DNA of 32,000 nt from Candidatus Nitrosopumilus koreensis AR1 (GCF_000299365.1 NC_018655.1:450001-482000); one strand, 5' to 3'; counted from the first letter of the stretch, positions 8,932-17,709 are shown. Numbers and translations are program-made. The notes: generated by a model from the letters alone, not told the origin.

Positions 8932-9948
8932 ATGGATGAACTAGACAAAGAACTTCTTAATGAAATTCAATGGACTTTTCCATTAGTTACTAGGCCATTT
9001 GATGCAATTGCAAAAAAATTTGACACTACTCCTGAGATTGTTAAAGAACGCCTAAAACAACTAAAAGAAATTGGCGTTTTAAGACAGCTTAGCGCAATTT
9101 TTGATACTAGAAAACTAGGTTACACAAGTTCCTTGGTAGCAATGGAAATAGAATCTGACAAACTAGAATCTGTTGCAAGCCAGATTAATCGTCATCCTGG
9201 TGTCAGTCATAATTATGAACGTGACCATCAGTTTAATCTCTGGTTCACTTTGGCCGTTCCTCCTGGTTCTGATCTAAAAACAGAACTTGAAAAATTCAAT
9301 GTTCTAAAAGGAATTAAAAAAGTCAGAATGCTCCCTACATTACAATTATTCAAAATAGGTGTAAAACTTGACATGGTTGATGAAAAGAAGCATGATGTTG
9401 CACCAACTGAGGAGAAAAAAGAAATTAAAAATGTAAAATTTGAACCAACTGAACAAGACAAAGATTTCATCCGTGAATTACAAAAAGACATGGACATAAT
9501 TGATGAACCATTTGTAAAAGCTGCTAACAATCTTGGAATATCTGAAAATGAATTATTTGAAAAGATGAAATATTATGAAGAAATTGGAGTAATGAGACGT
9601 TTTGCAGCAATTTTAAGACATAGACAAGTAGGATTTACTGCAAACGGAATGATTGTTTGGAAAGTTCCTGAAGACAAAATTTCTGCTGTTGGTGCTCAAT
9701 TGGGTGCATTCCCTCAAGTAAGTCATTGTTATGAGAGACCTACATATCCTGATTGGCCTTACAATGTTTTTTCCATGATTCATTGTAAAACTCATGACGA
9801 GGCAAACAAAATGGCAAAAACAATTCAAGATCAAATTCATGTTGATGATTACAAAATTCTCTTTAGTTCACGTGAATTCAAAAAGACACGTGTTGAATAT
9901 TTTGTAGAAAACTCGTTTTCTCTAGAAGAAACGGTTCCTGCATCTTAA
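8932..9948 (+). CDS. Siroheme decarboxylase-like protein, two Lrp/AsnC-type modules fused (AhbA+AhbB-like)
   Basis: Two tandem HTH + AsnC-ligand-like modules: LDKELLNEIQWTFPLVTRPFDAIAKKFD..GVLRQLSAIFDTRKLGY...HPGVSHNYERDHQFNLWFTLAVP and DFIRELQKDMDIIDEPF..GVMRRFAAILRHRQVGFTANGMIVWKVP...FPQVSHCYERPTYPDWPYNVFSMIHCKT. The track starts at a TTG (8899); the in-frame ATG at 8932 fits the family start better. Divergent from hemA/hemB/Met8 genes. Confidence 0.85.
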   Translation: MDELDKELLNEIQWTFPLVTRPFDAIAKKFDTTPEIVKERLKQLKEIGVLRQLSAIFDTRKLGYTSSLVAMEIESDKLESVASQINRHPGVSHNYERDHQFNLWFTLAVPPGSDLKTELEKFNVLKGIKKVRMLPTLQLFKIGVKLDMVDEKKHDVAPTEEKKEIKNVKFEPTEQDKDFIRELQKDMDIIDEPFVKAANNLGISENELFEKMKYYEEIGVMRRFAAILRHRQVGFTANGMIVWKVPEDKISAVGAQLGAFPQVSHCYERPTYPDWPYNVFSMIHCKTHDEANKMAKTIQDQIHVDDYKILFSSREFKKTRVEYFVENSFSLEETVPAS

Positions 9949-10282
9949 ATTTCATTTTCATCATGTCCTACGACATGAATTATACAAAAATACTGGTCAT
10001 TCATGTTGCAATAAAATGATGAATCTTTCCCACATTCTTTGCATGGTGGTTTTTCATCCTGTTCTGATAACTTTGTGTGGTAAACCTTGCTTCTACTTGT
10101 AATTCTGGAATCTTTGTAAATTCTTGTTAGGTTGGTATAGTATTCTAATTCTCCATGGTTTAACGGAACATCGTTTTTAATTTTTTAATAATTGATTCCC
10201 ATTTTTTATATTCGCCAATTTTTGCAAGTTTCATTCTCTCAATGACTTCTATGGTTTTTTGAGAATCTATTGGAAAATTCAT
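9945..10282 (-). pseudogene. Frame-disrupted small cysteine/histidine-rich zinc-binding hypothetical protein
   Basis: Minus strand frame 1 from ATG 10282: MNFPIDSQKTIEVIERMKLAKIGEYKKWESIIKKLK(TMFR*); the neighbouring frame continues (N)DVPLNHGELEYYTNLTRIYKDSRITSRSKVYHTKLSEQDEKPPCKECGKDSSFYCNMNDQYFCIIHVVGHDENEI*. Restoring one A in the run at 10174-10178 joins them. Confidence 0.7.
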
Positions 10283-10289
10283 GCACAAA

Positions 10290-11287
10290 TTAATTTGCTT
10301 GAGGCGTTGCTTTTAATTCGTACTCAGGCCATGTGTTGTACAAATCATCAATTTCTTTCATGTCTGATGAACTCAAATATTTTCCATCTGAAATTGCTGC
10401 AAACATCTCAATTTCCTCTTCACTTACAACTGTAGGTAAAACTGATGCAATCTTGTTTTTTGATAAGATAAATTTGATTGCAAATTCTGTAATGTTTAGT
10501 CCGTTTCGTTCAGCAATTGGTCTGAATTGTTCTACTTTTTCTAATGCAGACTTTCTCCATTCTGCTTTTCTATCTTTTCTATGATCATTACTTGGAATCA
10601 CAGTGTCTGCTTTTACTTTACCTGTTAAAATTCCTGATGCATCTGGAACTCTAACAAGAATTCCCACATCTTTTTTTCTGCTTTTTGAATCAATTCATTT
10701 CCTGGAGTTTGCTCTAAGATATTGTAAACCGTTTGTATGGATGATACACTTTTTCTATCCATTGCTTCAAGTCCTTCTTGAGTCCACCCAATTGCTGGAC
10801 CGAGTGCAACTTGGGCTGCTTTAATTTTTCCTTCTTCCATCAGTGTATCAATGGTGTTAAATGTCTCATCATTTCTGATATGATGTAATTTTGGATTGTG
10901 TAATCCTAATGAATCAATGTAGTCTGTTTGAAGTCTTTCTAAACATGCTTCAAGTGCTTTTCTTGTATATTCTGGGCTATAATTTTGTGGAAGTTCTGTA
11001 TGACCAATCTGTTCAACATTTGAAAAATCATAACCATATTTTGTTGATATAACAATTTCATCTCTCATTCCTTTGAATACTTCACCTATGAGTTTCTCAC
11101 TTTTTCCTTTTCCATACATATCTGCAGTTTCAAAATAATTAATTCCTAAATCGTATGCTTTTTTGAGCATTCTTTTTGCCTCATCTTCTTCTATCTTCTT
11201 TCCCCACCAGTCTAAGGCAATACTCCATGCCCCAAATCCTATTTCTGAAACTTCAATTCCGCTCTTACCTAGTTTTTTGTATTTCAT
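10290..11287 (-). pseudogene. Aldo/keto reductase, split by a single-base frameshift
   Basis: N part 10625..11287 (MKYKKLGKSGIEVSEIGFGAWSI...ETADMYGKGKSEKLIGEVFKG...LGLHNP...TVYNILEQTPGNELIQKAEKK) and C part 10290..10667 (..VGILVRVPDASGILTGKV...AIKFILSKNKIASVLPTVVSEEEIEMFAA...). Adding one T to the T7 run 10671-10677 gives continuous ...QKAEKKDVGILVRVPDASG. Confidence 0.88.
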
Positions 11288-11362
11288 CTTTTACACCTTA
11301 TTTTTAAGAGATATTTGAAATTTCTTCATTTATGTTTATCCAAGATTTGTACATTTGAAATT

Positions 11363-12054
11363 CTATCCTAAACTGGAAATTAGTGGCACGATATCCTTTT
11401 TGATACACACAATCATGGGGATGTCATTTTTTACATATGATGACACTTGGGTTTCCCTCAAATCCATTATCAGGTCTTGAAAATCTCTAACATTATCTAC
11501 TTCAAATGCTAACATGAAATCTTCATCATGTATTCCAAAGGAGTATGTCGTGTTTAGCACTACTTGTGGATATTTTTTACTCACTTCAATATGTTCATCC
11601 ATTATTTCTTGTCTTTTTTCTTGAGGTAAGAGATACCATTCACGAGTTTTTGTAAATGGATAAACTATGACGTGTTTTTTTGGTTCCATACCTGTAATGA
11701 ATCCATGTTCTTTTCCCTCTCCTTTTACATAGATTGATGGTCTTGAACACGATAGATATGTTCTAGATGGAATAATGTATTTTCCAAAAACAGTCTTGTA
11801 TATCTTTTCTATTGCTTTTTGAATTTCTTCTAATGAATTTCCAACAATGAATTTCCAACAAACCATAAAAGAAAATCTGCATCATCTCTTAATCCTAAAT
11901 TAGAATATGATCTATATTTTATTCCTGAATTTTTTAAAATATTTTCTACCTCTTTTGCAGATTCTTCTTTTGCTAAATCTGCCATCCATCTCCATTTTGG
12001 ATCAACTTTGAAAAATGAGAAATTGAAATAATATTGTTCATTGTTATCTGACAT
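11363..12054 (-). pseudogene. Chlorite dismutase / HemQ-like family protein, split by a 14-bp tandem duplication
   Basis: N part 11830..12054 (MSDNNEQYYFNFSFFKVDPKWRWM...ADFLLWFVGNSLLEIH*) and C part 11363..11866 (..LEEIQKAIEKIYKTVFGKYI..YLSCSRPSIY...YPFTKTREWYLLPQEKRQEIMDEHIEVSKKYPQVVLNTTYSFGIHDEDFMLAFEVD). Deleting one 14-bp copy restores ...LLWFVGNSLEEIQKAIEKIYK. Confidence 0.83.
11832..11861 (+). repeat. Exact tandem duplication, 14-bp period (TGAATTTCCAACAA x2 plus 2 bp)
   Basis: Copy 1 11834-11847, copy 2 11848-11861; read directly from the sequence. Confidence 0.97.
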
Positions 12055-12099
12055 GTTCTGTACAATTTGAAAACCCTATTTAAACAAAAACTAGATTTT

Positions 12100-12360
12100 C
12101 TAATGTGAAATTTCTATTATCTTTTCTTGATGTTTGTGACCCGATTTTATTTTGATTTGTGTGGTGGACACTCCAAAATGTTTTGCTAGTTTTTTGATAA
12201 TTTCCATATTTGCTTGTCCTTTGATTGGTTTTGATTTTAACCCTATGTTGATTTGATCTTCGTTAACTTCTAAAAATTCATTTGAAAATTCTACATGAAC
12301 TTTGAAAATCAATATGATTGCAGAAATTATTTTAATTATGCGGTTTGCTCTAAAACCCAA
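12100..12360 (-). CDS. DUF167/YggU-family protein
   Basis: KVHVEFSNEFLEVNEDQINIGLKSKPIKGQANMEIIKKLAKHFGVSTTQIKIKSGHKHQEKIIEI matches the DUF167 pattern. Start may be internal. Confidence 0.8.
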   Translation of the reverse strand: MGFRANRIIKIISAIILIFKVHVEFSNEFLEVNEDQINIGLKSKPIKGQANMEIIKKLAKHFGVSTTQIKIKSGHKHQEKIIEISH

Positions 12361-13106
12361 TCGTAACCTTCTGATTCGAGTTTATCTGCAAGTGATGCAT
12401 CACCTGTTTTGAGAACTTGCCCTCTTGCAAATACGTGTACAAAATCTAGTTTGTCTAAGAATTTTAAAATTCTTGCATAGTGAGTAATCACAATTATTGT
12501 TGAATCTTTTCCAGCAACTTTACTGATTGCTTTTGCAACTGCTTGAACTGCATCAATATCTAAACCAGAATCTGGCTCGTCTAAAATTGAAATCTTTGGC
12601 TTTAGTACTGCCATTTGTAAAACTTCTGCTCTTTTTTTCTCTCCTCCGGAGAATCCTTCGTTAAGATATCTTGAAAGAAATTCTTCTTTTAATCCAACTT
12701 TTTCTAAATTTTCTTTGAGATATTTTTGAAATTCTCTTACTGTGATGAAAACTTCTCTATCATCTCCTTCTAGTGCTTTACTTAAAGAGTTGTAAGCTGT
12801 TCTGAGAAAATGAGAGAATCCTACACCTGAAACTTCTGTTGGATATTGAAATCCTAGGAACAACCCTTTCTTTGCTCTTTCATCTGCAGTTAATTCTAAA
12901 ATGCTTTCACCGTCTAGCAAAATGTCTCCTTGTGTTACTTCGTATTTTGGATGTGCAAGTAATGTGTAAGCTAGTGTACTTTTTCCTGAACCATTAGGTC
13001 CCATAATGGCATGAACTTCTCCAGGACCTGTTTTCAGGTTAACTCCTTTGAGAATTTCCTTCCCTTCTCTTGTTACGTGAAGGTCTTTAATTTCAAGAAC
13101 TGCCAT
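12336..13106 (-). CDS. sufC: Fe-S cluster assembly ATPase SufC
   Basis: MAVLEIKDLHVTREGKEILKGVNLKTGPGEVHAIMGPNGSGKSTLAYTLLAHPKYEVTQGDILLDGE..., EGFSGGEKKRAEVLQM, SILDEPDSGLDIDA. The track's 13115 start is a TTG; ATG at 13106. Confidence 0.96.
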   Translation of the reverse strand: MAVLEIKDLHVTREGKEILKGVNLKTGPGEVHAIMGPNGSGKSTLAYTLLAHPKYEVTQGDILLDGESILELTADERAKKGLFLGFQYPTEVSGVGFSHFLRTAYNSLSKALEGDDREVFITVREFQKYLKENLEKVGLKEEFLSRYLNEGFSGGEKKRAEVLQMAVLKPKISILDEPDSGLDIDAVQAVAKAISKVAGKDSTIIVITHYARILKFLDKLDFVHVFARGQVLKTGDASLADKLESEGYDWVLEQTA

Positions 13107-13126
13107 GTTGCGCAATGTTTTGTTTC

Positions 13127-13136
13127 TATATATAAT
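13127..13136 (-). promoter_or_regulatory. Probable archaeal TATA box for sufC
   Basis: Minus-strand TATTATATATAG centred about 26 nt upstream of the sufC ATG at 13106, fitting a nearly leaderless transcript. Confidence 0.45.
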
Positions 13137-13201
13137 ACCGACGAAATTTAGCTGATCCTAACGGGCATTTTTGATAATAAAATGAAAAGAGGGGGGGGGT
13201 G

Positions 13202-14158
13202 TTAATATTTGGCCAGAGATGGTCTCAATGTTATTTTGAGTTTGTAGCTTGTTAGAATCTCTTTACATCTATTTCTGATAGTAACTTCAGTTACTCCTGC
13301 AATACCTGAAACGTCTCTTTGGAGTACGTTTTGCCCTAGCAGTACTGATGACACATACAGATATGCTGCAGCAATTCCATTTGGAGCTTTTCCATCTGCA
13401 ATACTGCTATCTTTAGTTTTTTCTGCAATTTCTAAGGCTAATCTTTCGACTCTGACCTCAGTTTGTGTCATGTTTGCTATCTTTGAGATGTATTTGTCCA
13501 TGGTTACTACTGGGGCAGCTATTTGTCCCATTTCCATTACCATGGTTCTATAGTATCTTGCTGCAAGTTTTGTTTTTGATTTTACATCTTTTGCTGGACA
13601 TATTCCTCGAATAATTTCTTCTAGCGATCTTACTACATCACATTGTTTGCATGCCATGTAAATTGTAGCAGCTGTAATGCTTACTACTGATTTTCCCTTC
13701 ACATCAACATGTCCATCCAAGTTTCTGTATATCATAGAAGCAGTCTCCAACACATTTTTTGAAAGACCTAACCCGTCACATGTTTCACCCATTTTTGTTA
13801 AAACATTTGCAAGTCGTCTCTCTTTTGGTGAGGATACTCTTACTCTTTGTTGCCACTTTCTGAGATTGTGCATTTGGTTTGCAACTTCGTGATTGATTGT
13901 TTTTCCACTAAAGTCCTTTGTGCTAATTGCTATCTCAGTTGTGATTCCCAAATCGTGTTGGGAATAAGTTGTTTGTCCGGTTGCTCTTGCTAACTTCATT
14001 TTGTCTTCGAGATTCGAACTTATTGTTTCTGGACCATAATCTGCCACTTGATCTGCAACTACTACGCCACAGCCCGAGCAAATTATTTCTCCGTTCTGCA
14101 TGTCATTAACTACTGTTGCTTGACATTCAGGACAGTTTTGTTTTTCTAGTATGTTCAT
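13202..14158 (-). CDS. tfb: Transcription initiation factor IIB (TFB)
   Basis: N-terminal zinc ribbon CPECQATVVNDMQNGEIICSGCGVVV, two cyclin-like repeats (NVLETASMIYR..; GIAAAYLYVSSVLLG..), VTEVTIRNRCKEI. Confidence 0.96.
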   Translation of the reverse strand: MNILEKQNCPECQATVVNDMQNGEIICSGCGVVVADQVADYGPETISSNLEDKMKLARATGQTTYSQHDLGITTEIAISTKDFSGKTINHEVANQMHNLRKWQQRVRVSSPKERRLANVLTKMGETCDGLGLSKNVLETASMIYRNLDGHVDVKGKSVVSITAATIYMACKQCDVVRSLEEIIRGICPAKDVKSKTKLAARYYRTMVMEMGQIAAPVVTMDKYISKIANMTQTEVRVERLALEIAEKTKDSSIADGKAPNGIAAAYLYVSSVLLGQNVLQRDVSGIAGVTEVTIRNRCKEILTSYKLKITLRPSLAKY

Positions 14159-14424
14159 TTTCTTCTTCTCCTAAATTTTTTCTTTGAATTGTCAGGAGAA
14201 TACTCAGTTGCGAAAACACTTTTGCCAATGTATTTCTTGATGTTGTTTGTTAATGGAGTTGCGGATGCAAATGGTCTCCTTACTGGACCAATTAATTCCA
14301 TTACTTTTGCAACTCTAGTTCCCTTCTCGTCACAGAGTATTTGTCCTTCAACTAATTTGTTAGATAGTTGAATGATTACCCTGCCACTACCGGCTAGGTG
14401 CATTATTTCGCCTACCTCCTGCAA
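14155..14424 (-). CDS. gar1: H/ACA RNA-protein component Gar1
   Basis: LAGSGRVIIQLSNKLVEGQILCDEKGTRVAKVMELIGPVRRPFASATPLTNNIKKYIGKSVF, with basic C-terminus; overlaps tfb by 4 bp. Confidence 0.88.
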   Translation of the reverse strand: MQEVGEIMHLAGSGRVIIQLSNKLVEGQILCDEKGTRVAKVMELIGPVRRPFASATPLTNNIKKYIGKSVFATEYSPDNSKKKFRRRRK

Positions 14425-14498
14425 TTAAAAACACTAATCATGGTATTCTTATCATAGACTTCTGTCAACTTTACTTTAGCTAAGAGCTAGATTTGATT

Positions 14499-14798
14499 TT
14501 ATTTTGATTGTTTGGACCTTTTTGCAACAAGTTTTTCGGAAATTTTGTTAAGAATTTTTGTCTTAGAGGATCCTTTTGGTAAAACAACATAACCTGATCT
14601 TACAAATGGTCTTTTTGGAAATCGTACTTTGTCATCCGATTCTGTAATTTCAAATCCTGCAGATTTTGTTGCATCCATTAGTTCTTTCAATGAAGGATCA
14701 AAAACACATTTTTCTAATCCTAGTCTTCGACCTTTTGATTTTTTTAAATTCTTGTTGAAATAATCCAACCAGATTACGACATGTTCGTAATCTTTCAT
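14499..14798 (-). CDS. srp19: Signal recognition particle 19 kDa protein
   Basis: MKDYEHVVIWLDYFNKNLKKSKGRRLGLEKCVFDPSLKELMDATKSAGFE...KRPFVRSGYVVLPK. Confidence 0.88.
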   Translation of the reverse strand: MKDYEHVVIWLDYFNKNLKKSKGRRLGLEKCVFDPSLKELMDATKSAGFEITESDDKVRFPKRPFVRSGYVVLPKGSSKTKILNKISEKLVAKRSKQSK

Positions 14799-14799
14799 T

Positions 14800-15183
14800 T
14801 TATTCCTTTACTAAAATTGCGTTTACTATTCCGTTTTGTCCTGGTTTAGAAACAACTCTGCATTTTCCTTCTTGTGTTTCTAATATTGCGCCCTTTGTAA
14901 TAATTCCTCGTCTTTGGTAATCATTGTTTGTTGTGTTTTCTAAAACTTTGAGAATTTTTGTTTTCTTTACTTTAGCATCTCCTGTTGCTAAGTTAACAAA
15001 ATCAATTGCCTTTAGTGCAGTCTTTCTATTTTTTCCTCTAACATGTCTTGTTACTGTTACTTGAGCTCCTGTTACAGCTTCATTTGGATATCTATCTGTT
15101 TCATATTTTCTTCTAATTCTAAGTGGATGTCTTCTTCCTCCAGTTGTTTTACTGGTTGCCAAATTCTCTACTGATTTTCTCAC
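14800..15183 (-). CDS. rps8e: 30S ribosomal protein S8e
   Basis: MRKSVENLATSKTTGGRRHPLRIRRKYETDRYPNEA...VRGKNRKTALKAIDFVNLA...NNDYQRRGIITKGAILETQEGKCRVVSKPGQNGIVNA. Confidence 0.95.
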   Translation of the reverse strand: MRKSVENLATSKTTGGRRHPLRIRRKYETDRYPNEAVTGAQVTVTRHVRGKNRKTALKAIDFVNLATGDAKVKKTKILKVLENTTNNDYQRRGIITKGAILETQEGKCRVVSKPGQNGIVNAILVKE

Positions 15184-15251
15184 GAAAACTTGTCTGAATT
15201 ACTCTAATTTATACAAAACGCAATAAATTAGCCTTAAAGCAAAAATCTTGC

Positions 15252-15830
15252 TTAGTTTACTTCTGTTACTATTTGTGGTGTAGGATTTGTATGTCTTGCA
15301 CTTGCTGTTTTTCTTACTTTTGAGAATAATCTCTGTTTGAGATCCTCGACATCTCCTTGAATTCCAAAATATTTTTGGAATTTTTCTGTGGTGGTGTAAA
15401 TTTTAATTCTTCCAACATTTTGATGACTAATGTAATCTAACTGTCTTAATTCTTTCAAATGTGCATAAACTCCTGACCCTCTAACTTCTACTAGCTGTTT
15501 TGATGATATTGGTTGTTGATATGCGATATATGATAATGTTTTGAGGGTGGCGTTTGGCAAAACTGGTTTTGAAGCATATTTTTTAACTGTGGCACTGTAC
15601 TCTGGTTTTAACTGCATGACATATGATCCATCTGGAAGTATGACTACTTCAAGTGCTTTGAAAGCAGACTTTGTCTTTTTCATTATATTTTGAAGAATAT
15701 CAAGTGTTTTTGTCCTTGATTCTGTGCCTGAGGCTTTAATGATGTCTTCTACTCGTAACGGTCTGCCTGCTGAGTAAAGCGCTGCCTCGACTCTTGCTGT
15801 TGCTTCATCAATACTTTCAATTTTGGCCAA
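15252..15830 (-). CDS. scpB: SMC-associated segregation protein ScpB
   Basis: ARVEAALYSAGRPLRVEDI..., LKTLSYIAYQQPISSKQLVEVRGSGVYAHLKELRQLDYIS..., TTEKFQKYFGI. Confidence 0.9.
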   Translation of the reverse strand: MAKIESIDEATARVEAALYSAGRPLRVEDIIKASGTESRTKTLDILQNIMKKTKSAFKALEVVILPDGSYVMQLKPEYSATVKKYASKPVLPNATLKTLSYIAYQQPISSKQLVEVRGSGVYAHLKELRQLDYISHQNVGRIKIYTTTEKFQKYFGIQGDVEDLKQRLFSKVRKTASARHTNPTPQIVTEVN

Positions 15831-15884
15831 TTATTCGTTCATTCCTATAAAATATAGTTAAAGAAACCCTTTCTTCATTTTTGA

Positions 15885-16574
15885 TCAGTTTGTTAATTCT
15901 TCTTTTATTACTGTGATTTTGATATCATCTTCAACCTGTTCCAAGTCTACTTTTTGGTCTCTTGCCAAAAATAATACTGCAAAGAAACATCTGATTGAAT
16001 CAACTGGGTCTAATTCTGAAATTATGTTCTGTAGTAATCCGTATCCTGCGCCTGCAATTTTTTTCATAACTAAGTCTTCATACTTTCCAATTATGCTTTC
16101 AAGTGAAATGAAATATTCTTGAAAGTCAGGTGCTTCAATTGGTTCTATCTCCACTTGTCTGTTTCTTCTTGACTGAGGATTTGCAATCGTGCCAATTAGA
16201 TTCTGTAACAACCCTAACAAATCATCTAATGACACTGGGTATGTGGATTCATGTCTATATGGCATATCAATTAAATCAATATCAACATCTGTTCTTTGAT
16301 GCATTGGTTTTTTCTCCATTGCTGCTCTTTGTAGTGCAAAAATACTCTCAACTTTCATCCTGTAAATTAACGACGATGAAAGTGCTGCCATTCCTGCTAC
16401 TTTGAGATCTTTCTTACCTGATTTTTCAAGAATTTTTATCAACAAGTTCAGAATTTGAATTAAATCAATCTCCCATACGTCTTTTTTTGCAACAGATTGA
16501 GGGCTAAATAGAATATTTACTGGTTCCTGAGAAATACTGCTGGGAGTAGATGGTTCACTCACACAAGCACTCAC
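15885..16574 (-). CDS. scpA: SMC-associated segregation protein ScpA
   Basis: VWEIDLIQILNLLIKILEKSGKKDLKVAGMAALSSSLIYRMKVESIFALQ..., C-terminal SIRCFFAVLFLARDQKVDLEQVEDDIKI; sits directly upstream of scpB. Confidence 0.85.
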   Translation of the reverse strand: MSACVSEPSTPSSISQEPVNILFSPQSVAKKDVWEIDLIQILNLLIKILEKSGKKDLKVAGMAALSSSLIYRMKVESIFALQRAAMEKKPMHQRTDVDIDLIDMPYRHESTYPVSLDDLLGLLQNLIGTIANPQSRRNRQVEIEPIEAPDFQEYFISLESIIGKYEDLVMKKIAGAGYGLLQNIISELDPVDSIRCFFAVLFLARDQKVDLEQVEDDIKITVIKEELTN

Positions 16575-16656
16575 TTTTTACTCCATAATATCTAAGGGCT
16601 CTATTTTTTTCTCATATCCAGTCAACTCTTATATTGTTAGTATCAAAAATCATTTT

Positions 16657-17709
16657 ATGAAATCTGCTAGGATAACTGGCCCAAATGAGCCACTTGCAGT
16701 AACTGAATCTGAAACCCCCAAACCTCAAGGTAGTCAAGTTTTAGTCAAAGTAAAATCTGTAGGTGTTTGTCATAGTGATTTGCATTTGTGGGAAGGTGGC
16801 TATGATCTTGGTGATGGTCAATTCATGAAAGTAACTGATAGAGGGGTAAAATACCCTGTAACTCCTGGCCATGAAATTGCTGGAACTGTTGAAGAAATTG
16901 GTGATTCTGTTTCTGGAATTTCTATAGGTGATGAAGTGTTAGTTTTCCCCTGGATAGGATGTGGTGAATGTCCTGCATGTAAAGTAGGAAATGAAAATCT
17001 TTGCGATACACCAAAATCACTGGGTGTTTTTCAAGATGGTGGTTATTCTGATTATTCTTTAATCCCTGATTCAAAATATTTGGCAAAACTTGATGGTGTT
17101 GATTCTGATTCTGCAACGTCGCTTGCATGTTCTGGACTTACTGCATATACTGCTATCAAAAAAGCAAATCAAAACTCTCCTGAATTTCTTGTAATTGTTG
17201 GTGCTGGTGGATTGGGACTGATGGGCGTACAAATTGCAAAGGCAATAACTAATGCAAAGATTGTCTGTGTAGATTTAGATGATCAGAAATTAGAAACTGC
17301 AAAAGAGATGGGTGCTGATTTTACAGTAAACTCAAAAGATCCTGAGACTGTTCAAAAAATTATGTCTATATGCAATGATAAAGGCGCTGATAGCGTAGTT
17401 GATTTTGTTAATGCCCCTCCTACAGTAAAAACTGGCTTGGCTGTTTTACGTAAGAGAGGTAATCTAGTATTGGTAGGATTATTTGGCGGTTCTTTGGAAC
17501 TATCTCTTGTAACCATTCCTCTAAAATCTATTCTTATTCAAGGAGCATATACTGGAAACTATAATGATATGGTTGAACTTCTTGCACTTGCAAGAAAGGG
17601 AACAATCAATCCTGTGATTTCAAAAAGGTATTCTCTTAATGATGCAAATAATGCATTAGAGGATCTTAAGGCACGTAAGATTCTTGGACGCGCGGTAATC
17701 AATCCTTGA
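16657..17709 (+). CDS. Zinc-dependent alcohol dehydrogenase (MDR superfamily)
   Basis: VKSVGVCHSDLHLWEGGYD, TPGHEIAGTVEEIGDSV, CGECPACKVGNENLCD, VGAGGLGLMGVQIAKA. Confidence 0.95.
   Translation: MKSARITGPNEPLAVTESETPKPQGSQVLVKVKSVGVCHSDLHLWEGGYDLGDGQFMKVTDRGVKYPVTPGHEIAGTVEEIGDSVSGISIGDEVLVFPWIGCGECPACKVGNENLCDTPKSLGVFQDGGYSDYSLIPDSKYLAKLDGVDSDSATSLACSGLTAYTAIKKANQNSPEFLVIVGAGGLGLMGVQIAKAITNAKIVCVDLDDQKLETAKEMGADFTVNSKDPETVQKIMSICNDKGADSVVDFVNAPPTVKTGLAVLRKRGNLVLVGLFGGSLELSLVTIPLKSILIQGAYTGNYNDMVELLALARKGTINPVISKRYSLNDANNALEDLKARKILGRAVINP

Noticed and set aside
16130-16405. ORFs 15913..16122 and 16130..16405 on the plus strand
   Set aside because: Antisense to scpA, which has coherent family motifs.
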